Source: a virus | Virus record (IMG/VR): IMGVR_UViG_3300028007_000001 | Location: 14,685-78,684 of that record | Length of the DNA: 64,000 nucleotides | Reading direction: 5' to 3' (one strand) | Part shown: positions 1 to 8,133 of the stretch, one piece after another | Position numbering within the stretch: the stretch's first letter is position 1 | How the letters are laid out: every line of letters begins with the position of its first letter | Notes under the pieces: model-generated | The model's database searches: none | The model's input: the letters and a program-made list of their open reading frames with translations, nothing else | What the model was told of the DNA's origin: nothing | Translations under genes and position numbers: made by a program

Positions 1-706
1 TGAAGAGATCCCACTCTTCATCGAAGACGGCAGGGTTCGTGTACGACCAGTCCACGATCTTGCGCCGGTCGTAGATCGGCTTCGCCCGAATGCCTTCCCA
101 GTTGATGATGGTGATCCTGCTCTTGTTCCGGATGCGAGCGTCCCGAGTGGCAGCGTCTCCCTCGACCACCGTGTAGGAAAGTTTCGGAAAGAACTCGTCA
201 AGAACTTCTGCCCACGTCCACTTGGCGTTGTTCGGGCAGACGACGAGAACTCGCTTCTTGCGAGCGAGGCAGATGTAGGCAAGAGCAACGAACGTCTTGC
301 CCAGACCCATCTCGTCGTTCAGGAGTTGGATCTTCTGGTCGAAGATCAACTTGAGAGCCTGTCGCTGGAACCGCAGCAGCGTCCCGATGAACTTCGGGAT
401 CGAGAACTGCGGCGCCGGTAGACGACGCAGACGCTCCCGCTCGACCGCCACCAGTTTCTTCAGGATCCCACGTGAGAGTTCGGCCTGCGGGAAGGCAAGG
501 CACAGCCGGTCGAGGTACCGAAGGTTGAACCGGAAGTAGATCTTGGAAGACCCTCGCACGTCTTCACGGACAGGACGTGCCTTCCGTTCCAGGATCTCGT
601 TGTAGATCACGTCCTGGATCACGTACGGGTCTTCGTCCTTCCGGTCACAGATCAAGACCAGATGGCGACCCCTGGGATCTCCCTTCTTGCTGAGGCTGAT
701 CTTCAC
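1..706 (-). CDS. SNF2-family (superfamily 2) helicase, N-terminal part, runs off window edge
   Basis: Manual minus-strand translation gives LLNDEMGLGKTFVAL (Walker A), RVLVVCPNNAKWTW (motif Ia) and ITIINWEGIR. The start (GTG ~706) is approximate and the ORF is missing from the track because it is open at the edge. Confidence 0.85.
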   Translation of the reverse strand, partial: MKISLSKKGDPRGRHLVLICDRKDEDPYVIQDVIYNEILERKARPVREDVRGSSKIYFRFNLRYLDRLCLAFPQAELSRGILKKLVAVERERLRRLPAPQFSIPKFIGTLLRFQRQALKLIFDQKIQLLNDEMGLGKTFVALAYICLARKKRVLVVCPNNAKWTWAEVLDEFFPKLSYTVVEGDAATRDARIRNKSRITIINWEGIRAKPIYDRRKIVDWSYTNPAVFDEEWDLF

Positions 707-740
707 GTAGAACCTTTCGGATTCTCGGAAGACTGGGGAC

Positions 741-1037
741 TCAGGAGAGAGAGTCCCCAGTCTCGGCGCTGTCTTGCTCTTCGATGAAGTCGTTCACCGA
801 CATGTCCGTGGGGATCCGAGTGAGGAACCCCGCCTTCTCCAACGACTGGACGAAGGCCCGGTTGTCGGACGTGTCGATCTCCACGTTCCGAGAGAAGTTC
901 CCGACTCGACGGGCGACCGACTTGCGGTACGACTCTAGCGAAGAGGCTTCGACCAACTTGAGAGAAGAGAGTGCTGCAACAACGTCGTCGTACGACCGAC
1001 CCTTCACAGCACTTCCGTCGATTGTGAGGAAGCGCAT
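741..1037 (-). CDS. hypothetical protein (98 aa)
   Basis: ORF with AAGGAG RBS directly downstream of a consensus promoter. Confidence 0.7.
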   Translation of the reverse strand: MRFLTIDGSAVKGRSYDDVVAALSSLKLVEASSLESYRKSVARRVGNFSRNVEIDTSDNRAFVQSLEKAGFLTRIPTDMSVNDFIEEQDSAETGDSLS

Positions 1038-1058
1038 GATGCTCCTTTCCTTCCTGGC

Positions 1059-1087
1059 AGTATACCAGAAAGTTTCTGTTTTGTCAA
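1059..1087 (-). promoter_or_regulatory. sigma70/SigA-type promoter TTGACA-N17-TATACT
   Basis: Read on minus strand; spacer contains the CAGAAA-C-TTTCTG palindrome. Confidence 0.85.
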
Positions 1088-1091
1088 GCCA

Positions 1092-1748
1092 CTAGAGGAC
1101 GTGCTGACACTGACCGCCGTGGAGTCGGCACTTCGGGATTTCGGATTCTTCGGGTTCCCGCCGCCGTTCACGTGGGGTCAGGCGTTGGGCGGTCTCGTTT
1201 GGCTCGCACTCGGGGTCGTCACAGTGACCCGTCGTGTTCTGGTTGTGGAGTGACGAGTTGCAGGAGTAGCACGTCCTCTGGCAACGCACGGTGTACGTCA
1301 CTCCCTGGTAAGGACCGGGGATGGTGACGGAAGGTTCTTCGGGCGTGATCACTGACAAGATCTCCGAAGGCACGTACGAAATCCCATCGGATACGAGTTC
1401 GTTGAAGGAGAACGTTTCCGGTCGTCGCTGCGTGAGTAGACAAACCAGAAGACCGGCCTCGATCAAGTCCTTCTGTCGCTCTGTCAGGATCACCCCTGAC
1501 CTGCCCGTCCAGAGCGGTCGCCCTGATCGGCTCAGATGAGCCACCATGTACCAGTTCTCGCTCTGGGGATGGATGGCCTTGATGATCCTCTGCCCTCGGA
1601 GGTTGGCAGTCTCCTGCACCGTCCATACGTTGAACTGAAGTTCACGTTCTTGGGCGTAGACGGTCTCAGACCGGACCCTGAAGAACCCGTTGGGGACGAA
1701 CAACGCTTGGTTCACCCTGGCAGGCTCGTACTCCCAACTGGCGGGCAT
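1092..1748 (-). CDS. hypothetical protein with C-terminal Cys/His motifs (218 aa)
   Basis: Long ORF colinear with the operon; CYSC...H...HC...C motif. Confidence 0.7.
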   Translation of the reverse strand: MPASWEYEPARVNQALFVPNGFFRVRSETVYAQERELQFNVWTVQETANLRGQRIIKAIHPQSENWYMVAHLSRSGRPLWTGRSGVILTERQKDLIEAGLLVCLLTQRRPETFSFNELVSDGISYVPSEILSVITPEEPSVTIPGPYQGVTYTVRCQRTCYSCNSSLHNQNTTGHCDDPECEPNETAQRLTPRERRREPEESEIPKCRLHGGQCQHVL

Positions 1749-1768
1749 CTCTCACTCCTTTCGGATTT

Positions 1769-2212
1769 TCAGATGTGATGATCCTCTAGCCAGTTGCCCG
1801 ACACGATCCTCGGGCCGTCTGGCTCGTACAGGTAGTGGAATCCGAAAGCCTCCCTCTCGGACCCATCGGGCATCTGCACCATGATCTTCCGCAGTTCGTA
1901 CCCAGCGCCCTCTTCCATCCTGATCACGCTGTCGGTCACAGGGTGGTCGGCGTGCATGATCAGAAGGTCTCCGATGATCACGCCGGGGCGATCGAACTTC
2001 GCCACAGGGTACGCACGCATGTAGGGCCGGACGTGGTAGAGGCTTCCGACTGCCTGAACATTCGGAATCTCGTCCAGCACTGCTTCTTTGGCCCAGGAGT
2101 AGTTGCCCTCTCCGACTCGGAGAGTGCCATACGCCAGCAAGGGGAGCCGATGGCCCCCCTCGCCAGCGATGGCGTTCCACTCCCTCACAAGGTCGTGAGT
2201 GGAGATCGTCAC
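1769..2212 (-). CDS. gamma-glutamylcyclotransferase (AIG2-like) family protein
   Basis: LLAYGTLRVGEGNY N-terminal motif, MEEGAGY, C-terminal IVSGNW. Confidence 0.85.
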   Translation of the reverse strand: MTISTHDLVREWNAIAGEGGHRLPLLAYGTLRVGEGNYSWAKEAVLDEIPNVQAVGSLYHVRPYMRAYPVAKFDRPGVIIGDLLIMHADHPVTDSVIRMEEGAGYELRKIMVQMPDGSEREAFGFHYLYEPDGPRIVSGNWLEDHHI

Positions 2213-3141
2213 ACGACCTCCCGAACTCCCGCCGCCCGAAGAGCGGCGATCAGGTCCGGCTTCCGCATGGAGTAGCCACCCGAAACGATCCCTCGGCTGA
2301 GCCGACGAAGTTCCGTGATCCCCATGCTGTCGAGCGTGACGTTCACGGTCGGAGGACCGTCGACCGGCACCGGCTGGTCGGGAGCAGGCTCCACGATTCC
2401 GGTCCCCGAGATCGTGTCGACGTACTCCACGCCGTCTTCGACAGCGGGGTAGGCAGCATCGGCCTCGACCGTCTGGTCTTCTGTCGGGTCGCCGCCCCCG
2501 ATCTCGACCATCTCGTCGTCGTCCTGCTCAGAGTCGTCCAGACCGTCCTCAGCCTCGATCAGATCGCTCACCGTCACTTCGCCCGACTCCACAGCAGCGA
2601 TCATGTCGATGGAGAAGTTCGGGACTGCGATGGCCTGGTACCAGAAGCCGTCCTCGATCGCCAGACCGAGACTGACCATCTTCTGCCACGTCTCGGTCGT
2701 GAACGTGTCCTTGGGGCTGACGGCTGGGGTGAGCAGACGCTTCCGAGCCATCTTTCGGAAAGTGACAGGACGGATCTGGTAGAAGAGCGAGTACGCCCAC
2801 TTCATGGCGTCATACTCCCCGACCGAGTTCCGACCGCACTGCACCATGTGGTATCGGAATGCCTGGAAGAGATGCAGGAGGAATCGAGAGCGATCCCCCA
2901 CGACGATCTCGGCCTGATCCTCGTCGGAGTAGGCGGGAGACCAATCCCACGCCGTGTACGCCCCGCCGATGCGAACGACCGGCGCCGGGATCCCGTACGC
3001 CTTGGCCGCAACGTCACAGAACTCCTGACCCGCAACCTCTCGGTCTGCCGGGTCCATCCTGGACGGCTGAGAATCGGCCAGAGTACGAGCGGCCTCGACA
3101 ACTGACTCTCGGATGTTTCGGAATGCGAGATGGAGCCGCAC
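2209..3141 (-). CDS. hypothetical protein with acidic linker and C-terminal Rho-N/HeH-like nucleic-acid-binding motif
   Basis: C-terminal LDSMGITELRRLSRGIVSGGYSMRKPDLIAAL; has its own promoter upstream. Confidence 0.6.
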   Translation of the reverse strand: MRLHLAFRNIRESVVEAARTLADSQPSRMDPADREVAGQEFCDVAAKAYGIPAPVVRIGGAYTAWDWSPAYSDEDQAEIVVGDRSRFLLHLFQAFRYHMVQCGRNSVGEYDAMKWAYSLFYQIRPVTFRKMARKRLLTPAVSPKDTFTTETWQKMVSLGLAIEDGFWYQAIAVPNFSIDMIAAVESGEVTVSDLIEAEDGLDDSEQDDDEMVEIGGGDPTEDQTVEADAAYPAVEDGVEYVDTISGTGIVEPAPDQPVPVDGPPTVNVTLDSMGITELRRLSRGIVSGGYSMRKPDLIAALRAAGVREVV

Positions 3142-3180
3142 TTTCGGTTCTCCTTTTCAGTGGAAGTTTCGGCTGGTATC

Positions 3181-3209
3181 AGGATACCAGAAAGTTTCTG
3201 GTATGTCAA
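3181..3209 (-). promoter_or_regulatory. promoter TTGACA-N17-TATCCT overlapped by a 21-bp palindrome
   Basis: ATACCAGAAA-G-TTTCTGGTAT at 3184-3204. Confidence 0.85.
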
Positions 3210-3228
3210 GAGGAAATCTGGAAGGGGA

Positions 3229-4329
3229 CTAGCCGAGTGTGTCCCCTTCCAGAGAGGCAATGAAGTCCTCGTATTCCTCCCGAGTAACGAGCATGTCTCC
3301 GATCCACATCATGTCTCCGCTGCTGTTTCCGTTCTGCTGAGCGGAAGAGCGTCGGTCTCGGATGCGGATGCCAGAACCGAGTTCGCCGTTCCGGGCTGCC
3401 TTGGCGGCACGCTGCCCGTAGTAGGCGCCCATCGTCAGGCTTACGTCCTTCGGAGTTTCGGAATCCTTCTTGCTCTTAGATCTGGGCTTGGGCTTCGGCT
3501 CTGCCTTGGAGACAGGAGTGCGATCGCCCATGATCAGTTGACGCTCCAAGACCTCCGAAGGAGTCATTACCGGGTAACCCCTCGACTCGTACTCGAAATC
3601 CCAGGCCGGGATTTTGGACGTTCTCACCTTCGGTCGGAATCGGTAGCGATTCAGGATCCTCCCTTCTTTCACGACCAAGAGGCGGTTTTCCGAAACAACA
3701 GACACTGATTCGAACTCGATCTCGGGCTGCAAGTTCTCCAACGCCCGAGGGTTCGAAGCGAACAGAAGGTTTCCTCTCTTCGTCCACCCGAGCGTGATCT
3801 GCCTGCCGTACGTTCTGGCGATGTGCAGAACGGCGGGGTTCGTGAGCCGGGTGTAGATGGTAACCATCGACCCGTAGACCTTGCTCAACCCGCCAGTCGG
3901 ACCCCACCTGTTGACGGCAGCGAAGATGGCCTCGCTGTCCACTTCGGTCTTCGGGTCGAACCGGCCTGTCTTCGCCAGGATCTCTTCGTGGTTGGAGATC
4001 ACGCCGTTGTGAACGCCCACGATGTTCTGGTGAACGATCGGGTGGTTGTTCAGCATGTTCTGGGGAGAGCCGTGAGTGGCCCACCGAGTGTGGCCCACGA
4101 CCCAACGAGGGTTCGTCTCAACCCCGGTGATCACGTTGTCGATCGCCTGGTCGGTGTCGGCTCGACCCCGGTGCTTTTCCACCGTCACGCCCTTGTCGGG
4201 CACGTACTGCATCCACCCGTAGGCGTGCGGGCCTTGGGCAACCGAGTCGATGAACATGAGAGCCATGATCTCGTACGTCGGAATGTCTTCCGGCTCGCCG
4301 CCGTAGCAGATCCCTAGAAGTCGACACAT
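3229..4329 (-). CDS. class II (Ntn) glutamine amidotransferase, copy 1
   Basis: MCRLLG with Cys2 nucleophile, GHTRWATHG, HNGVI, VDSE; low-complexity C-terminal tail. Confidence 0.9.
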   Translation of the reverse strand: MCRLLGICYGGEPEDIPTYEIMALMFIDSVAQGPHAYGWMQYVPDKGVTVEKHRGRADTDQAIDNVITGVETNPRWVVGHTRWATHGSPQNMLNNHPIVHQNIVGVHNGVISNHEEILAKTGRFDPKTEVDSEAIFAAVNRWGPTGGLSKVYGSMVTIYTRLTNPAVLHIARTYGRQITLGWTKRGNLLFASNPRALENLQPEIEFESVSVVSENRLLVVKEGRILNRYRFRPKVRTSKIPAWDFEYESRGYPVMTPSEVLERQLIMGDRTPVSKAEPKPKPRSKSKKDSETPKDVSLTMGAYYGQRAAKAARNGELGSGIRIRDRRSSAQQNGNSSGDMMWIGDMLVTREEYEDFIASLEGDTLG

Positions 4330-4348
4330 CTTTCGGATTCACCCCCTC

Positions 4349-5281
4349 TCAGAATGAGAACTGTGGAACGGAGCATCGCCAGCACACCTTCCTCAACAAC
4401 TTCCAGTCCTCTTCGGACATGAGGATCTCGGTGTCCTGAACGTTTCCGTTTGGACCCCTCTTCTTGCTCTCCGTTCGGAGGATCTGCTGCAAGCGGAGGA
4501 AGACCGCCTTTTCGGAAACTGTACCCGCCCGCATGGAACCGAGCGGGTAGGAATTGGCAATCTTTCGGTAGTGGCCTCGCCGTGCGTCCTCCACGATGGC
4601 TACGCACAGAGCGATGTACGCCTGCACACGATCAGGGTTCACCGACGAGTTGAAATAGCGGAACTCGATAGTGCCCCGGAAGAAGTACGAGTGGAGGTTG
4701 AGAGCCAGGTATCGAGAGACGCCGGGCTGGAAGACCCTCACGCCGTCTCGCATGTCGTGCCCACCCTCCCACAACGAGAGGATGTCTGCCTCCGATTCGG
4801 CTGCTGCTGCCCTCTCGACAAGCCCCCGAGGAAGAGGCTGGGCGTACTGCCTTGCTCCGGGACGGATTGTTTCCCATCCTGAAGAGGCAATGCGGTAGAG
4901 AGCGTCTTCGAACTTGTAGCAGAACCGCACGACCGACCCGAGTTGCCTCCCGGTGAAGTTCGTGCCGTTCTCGTTGCGAGCCTCCACGTGTACGTGGATA
5001 CCGGCCGAGGCATGAGGACGGGCGCCTGCGTTCTGCAACGCAAGGACAGCCGTCGTCACTTGATCTCGGTGGTCTGGGTGGTCGAAGAGTAGAGGCGGCG
5101 AGACCAGTTCTCCGCCACCCTCCACCGACCCGTCTCGCTTGACAGTCCAAGACGGAACGGAGGCTCCTGAGTCGTGACTGTGCGTGTGGTCGATCGTCTC
5201 CAGACCTGCGGCCCGGAGTGAAGCGATAACAGCGGAGAGATCACCTTGGAACTCGATCTCGACGCCGAAACGTCTCGGCAT
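4349..5281 (-). CDS. putative amidoligase (COOH-NH2 ligase, Amidoligase_2-like), copy 1
   Basis: FGVEIE, DGSV, ELVSPP, SAGIHVHV, YLALNL, TIEFRYF motifs. Confidence 0.88.
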   Translation of the reverse strand: MPRRFGVEIEFQGDLSAVIASLRAAGLETIDHTHSHDSGASVPSWTVKRDGSVEGGGELVSPPLLFDHPDHRDQVTTAVLALQNAGARPHASAGIHVHVEARNENGTNFTGRQLGSVVRFCYKFEDALYRIASSGWETIRPGARQYAQPLPRGLVERAAAAESEADILSLWEGGHDMRDGVRVFQPGVSRYLALNLHSYFFRGTIEFRYFNSSVNPDRVQAYIALCVAIVEDARRGHYRKIANSYPLGSMRAGTVSEKAVFLRLQQILRTESKKRGPNGNVQDTEILMSEEDWKLLRKVCWRCSVPQFSF

Positions 5282-5321
5282 GATGTGTACCCCTTGTGCT
5301 TCCTACCTACCGATGCACGGC

Positions 5322-5350
5322 AGAATAGCAGAAACTTTCGGGTTTGTCAA
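5322..5350 (-). promoter_or_regulatory. promoter TTGACA-N17-TATTCT for amidoligase 1
   Basis: Extended -10 (TGc); GAAAGTTTC in spacer. Confidence 0.85.
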
Positions 5351-5409
5351 GCCCGAAGTTCGGTGGCTGCCCGGCAGAGCGGGAGAAACCTAGCACGTGA
5401 CCTGCGTAC

Positions 5410-5438
5410 TTGACAAATCAGAACGTTTCTGCTAAGGT
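5410..5438 (+). promoter_or_regulatory. promoter TTGACA-N17-TAAGGT, divergent from the amidoligase promoter
   Basis: Extended -10; ATG 6 nt downstream (leaderless). Confidence 0.8.
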
Positions 5439-5444
5439 TCACGC

Positions 5445-5597
5445 ATGGCAGATTTCAAGGTGACTCTGACCGTGGAAGTGGACGAGGATGTTGTGGACGA
5501 TCCCAACACCAGCCTCGTAACCAACAAGATCCAGCAGGCTCTCGTTCTCTCTCTTCCGCACGGATGGAACTTCTTCGACTTGGAGGTCGAGCGGTGA
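5445..5597 (+). CDS. small hypothetical protein (50 aa), probably leaderless
   Basis: Manual translation MADFKVTLTVEVDEDVVDDPNTSLVTNKIQQALVLSLPHGWNFFDLEVER. Confidence 0.6.
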   Translation: MADFKVTLTVEVDEDVVDDPNTSLVTNKIQQALVLSLPHGWNFFDLEVER

Positions 5598-5746
5598 GCA
5601 AATGTCGTGACTGCGGCAAGCCCAAAGAGGTAGACGGCTACCGGCTCTGCGAAGAATGCTCCGAAGCCAGGTACGAGGCGCAGCGTGACTACCTGGCCGA
5701 CCAGGAGTTCGAACTCCGTCGTGAGCGACGGGTCTTCGGAGACTGA
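5594..5746 (+). CDS. small Zn-finger protein (CRDC...CEEC)
   Basis: GTG start overlapping previous stop, with GGAGG RBS. Confidence 0.6.
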   Translation: MSKCRDCGKPKEVDGYRLCEECSEARYEAQRDYLADQEFELRRERRVFGD

Positions 5747-5812
5747 GAACGATTCCTCACCCAAGATCTGAGCGGGGTAGCATTTCGTCGGAGCACCCTC
5801 CCGCCCAGTGCA

Positions 5813-5862
5813 AGCGGGGTCGGGACCAGGGAGTCGAATCCCTGGCATCCCGGCCCCGTTTC
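5813..5862 (+). terminator. long GC-rich hairpin, probable intrinsic terminator
   Basis: CGGGG..CGGGA.CCAGGGA/TCCCTGG..TCCCG.CCCCG followed by TTTC. Confidence 0.6.
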
Positions 5863-5876
5863 GCTATTCTCCGGCC

Positions 5877-6134
5877 ATGTCCGATCGGGCGATCTTCGGA
5901 GAGCATGTCTCGTCCCGAGAGTCCATTCCCTATTTCGGAAAGAATCGGGTCTGCTCTGCCGAAGGGTGCAACACGTCGCTGAGCCAATACAACCCCAGCG
6001 ACAGATGCTCTCTGCATCGACGCTCGACCCTGACTCGGGGCGTCAAACTTCGGTCAACTTCCGGTCAGGGTCGGTCTCGATCTACGAACAGATCAGCCCG
6101 AACCAAGACCAAGGATTCCAAGAAACGTACGTAG
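5877..6134 (+). CDS. small Cys/His (Zn-binding) basic protein
   Basis: CSAEGC...RCSLH; TATTCT -10 6 nt upstream of ATG 5877. Confidence 0.55.
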   Translation: MSDRAIFGEHVSSRESIPYFGKNRVCSAEGCNTSLSQYNPSDRCSLHRRSTLTRGVKLRSTSGQGRSRSTNRSARTKTKDSKKRT

Positions 6135-6254
6135 GTATCCGAAACCGAAAGTCCTGGTCAGAGGCTATTTCAGGTTTCGGAGTTTGACGAGAGTTCGACA
6201 GGTGGGGGTCCGTAGGTGCCTATCCTTGGGTGAACCGACCCAGGAGAGCCTGCG

Positions 6255-6902
6255 ATGCCGAAGGGCAAGACTCGATCCAGCCTGAGCCTTCGTGAGCGCC
6301 GAGAGCAGGCGTTCCGAATGTACGAGCAGGGCTACACGCCCACCGAGGTAGCCAAGGAACTCCGGGTGTCTCGGGCGACGGCCCACACGTACAAGAAGAA
6401 GTACGAAGAGTCGATCGAGGAAGAGGCTCGACTCCATCCCGGCCTCATGCGGGATGTGCTTGCCAACACGATCCGGAGCCTCCGGGAACTCGATCGCATC
6501 CGTGCTGACGCCTGGAAGCGGCTGAACGAGAAGAGGGTCCACAAGTACGTGGAGTGCCCGGACTGCGGATCTGACTTCGACGTGGTGGTTCGTGAGCCTG
6601 CGAGCGACCAGAGCCGGGTGCAGTATCACAACGTTCTGATCCGAGCGCAGGAGCAGAGGGCCAAACTCTTCGGCGTCCTGGGGGTGAAGCAGGAAGTCTT
6701 CGTGATGATCACCCAGGTCAAGTTGGTGCAAGACCGGATCCTCAACTTCTTGCAGAACAACCTCTGCCCTCACGATCGAGAGAACCTAGAACGTTTCCTT
6801 CTTTCGGATCCTGAGATCGTGGCCTACATGGCGAGTCCGGGATACATCGACGCCGAGGTCGTAGGCGAGATCGCTGCGGAATCCGAATTCGGATCTGAGT
6901 AG
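6255..6902 (+). CDS. terminase small subunit-like HTH protein with CPDC insertion
   Basis: N-terminal HTH (YTPTEVAKELRVSRATAHTY), helical core and RAKLFG motif typical of actinophage TerS. Confidence 0.65.
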   Translation: MPKGKTRSSLSLRERREQAFRMYEQGYTPTEVAKELRVSRATAHTYKKKYEESIEEEARLHPGLMRDVLANTIRSLRELDRIRADAWKRLNEKRVHKYVECPDCGSDFDVVVREPASDQSRVQYHNVLIRAQEQRAKLFGVLGVKQEVFVMITQVKLVQDRILNFLQNNLCPHDRENLERFLLSDPEIVAYMASPGYIDAEVVGEIAAESEFGSE

Positions 6903-6914
6903 TGGGGTAAAGAA

Positions 6915-6952
6915 GAGACCCCTCCCGAGGTCGTGGGTTCGGGAGGGGTCTC
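6915..6952. terminator. 14-bp stem hairpin between convergent genes
   Basis: GAGACCCCTCCCGA / TCGGGAGGGGTCTC perfect inverted repeat. Confidence 0.8.
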
Positions 6953-7046
6953 AGTGGTGGCGCCGTAGGAAGGTGGTGCGGAGAGGAAGGGGTACGCAAC
7001 CTCACTTCCACCTTCCTTGCCGAACAGCCCCGAGTGACACCTTACA

Positions 7047-7283
7047 TCAATCGAGCGCCGAGGGAAGACCCTCGCCAGGAATTTCGGATTCTTCCACCAT
7101 CCGACCGTAGTGGCGAGCGGCTCGCATCACTCGACGGCACAGCAGGACGAGCCAGAACGACCCCCACGCCACCGCCCCGAAGGTGTAGAGGGGATTGATC
7201 GAGAACGCCACCGCCAGGATGGCGATCCCCACGATCAGCCCGAAGACTGCTGCTACGCCCCCGGCTAGGGCTAGAACTCCCAT
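7047..7283 (-). CDS. small membrane protein (2 TM)
   Basis: Two hydrophobic segments; GGAG RBS. Confidence 0.65.
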   Translation of the reverse strand: MGVLALAGGVAAVFGLIVGIAILAVAFSINPLYTFGAVAWGSFWLVLLCRRVMRAARHYGRMVEESEIPGEGLPSALD

Positions 7284-7284
7284 G

Positions 7285-7584
7285 TCACGCTCCCGTTTCC
7301 TCCATCTGGGTCAGGAAGTCGCACAGGGCATCCACTTCCGCCTGCACGCACTCCTTGACTCGCTCTTCGGACTGTCGGAACCTGCGGGCGGCGTCGTACG
7401 TACTTTCGGAAGACGCCTCCCGGTTGGCCCTCACTCGATGTAGTTCCAACTGCGCTCTCGCCATCTCTTCGATGGCCTGAGACGTAGTGGTTCGGAGTTC
7501 CATCAACTGACGGGCGAACTGACCGCCCTCCGAGTCCAAGAACTCTTGGACGGACTGATCGAACTCGTCGTCTTCCTCGGGCAT
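7285..7584 (-). CDS. hypothetical coiled-coil protein
   Basis: ORF with GGAGG RBS; helical acidic sequence. Confidence 0.65.
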   Translation of the reverse strand: MPEEDDEFDQSVQEFLDSEGGQFARQLMELRTTTSQAIEEMARAQLELHRVRANREASSESTYDAARRFRQSEERVKECVQAEVDALCDFLTQMEETGA

Positions 7585-7622
7585 GGCAACCCCTCCCTGC
7601 GTAGTAGGTACGTAGGGAGAGG

Positions 7623-7889
7623 TTACCTGCGGGTGGTGGTCCGTCGTGAGGAACCCGAGCCGTTGTTCTGGGCCTGCTCTTCACGTACCTGACGGAGAAT
7701 CTGCGACACCCGGATTTCCGAAAGTCCGGAGATGTCTGCGATCTCACGGTAGGTCAGCCCGGCGTTGAATGCCTTGAGCATCCCCTTGAAGAACTTGCGG
7801 CGACTTCTCTCGGCTCTGGCCTCGTCTCGGCTTCGAACTGCGCTGAGTTCGGTGAGACGCTGCCGAGCGGTCTCCTTGCGGTTCGGCAT
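7623..7889 (-). CDS. HTH DNA-binding protein (sigma70-r4-like), candidate repressor/regulator
   Basis: AFNAGLTYREIADISGLSEIRVSQIL; start moved to the ATG with a GGAG RBS. Confidence 0.75.
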   Translation of the reverse strand: MPNRKETARQRLTELSAVRSRDEARAERSRRKFFKGMLKAFNAGLTYREIADISGLSEIRVSQILRQVREEQAQNNGSGSSRRTTTRR

Positions 7890-7982
7890 CTGCGTGCTCC
7901 CTGATTGGCTGCTCGTCTTCAGTTTCTCACATCTCGTCATCCGGATCCAGTTGAAAGTAGATCCGTAGAGAGGATGCTATGC

Positions 7983-8011
7983 ACCATACCAAACTATCGG
8001 AACTTTGTCAA
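7983..8011 (-). promoter_or_regulatory. leftward promoter TTGACA-N17-TATGGT
   Basis: Consensus hexamers on minus strand. Confidence 0.85.
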
Positions 8012-8098
8012 GCGAGACTTTCCGAAACCGATTTCCGAATTCGGATATGGGTACGGGCGGGAGCGCCAGGTCCGAGTTTCCGAATGTCCGATTGCCTC

Positions 8099-8127
8099 TT
8101 GACACACGGAGAACATTCCTATATAGT
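8099..8127 (+). promoter_or_regulatory. rightward promoter TTGACA-N17-TATAGT
   Basis: Near-perfect consensus; no credible ORF for ~460 nt downstream. Confidence 0.88.
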
Positions 8128-8133
8128 GAAGCC

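Noticed and set aside
5813-5862. tRNA-like T-arm (GGGATTCGACTCCC on minus strand)
   Set aside because: No D-arm, anticodon arm or acceptor stem; it is one long hairpin after a stop codon and fits a terminator
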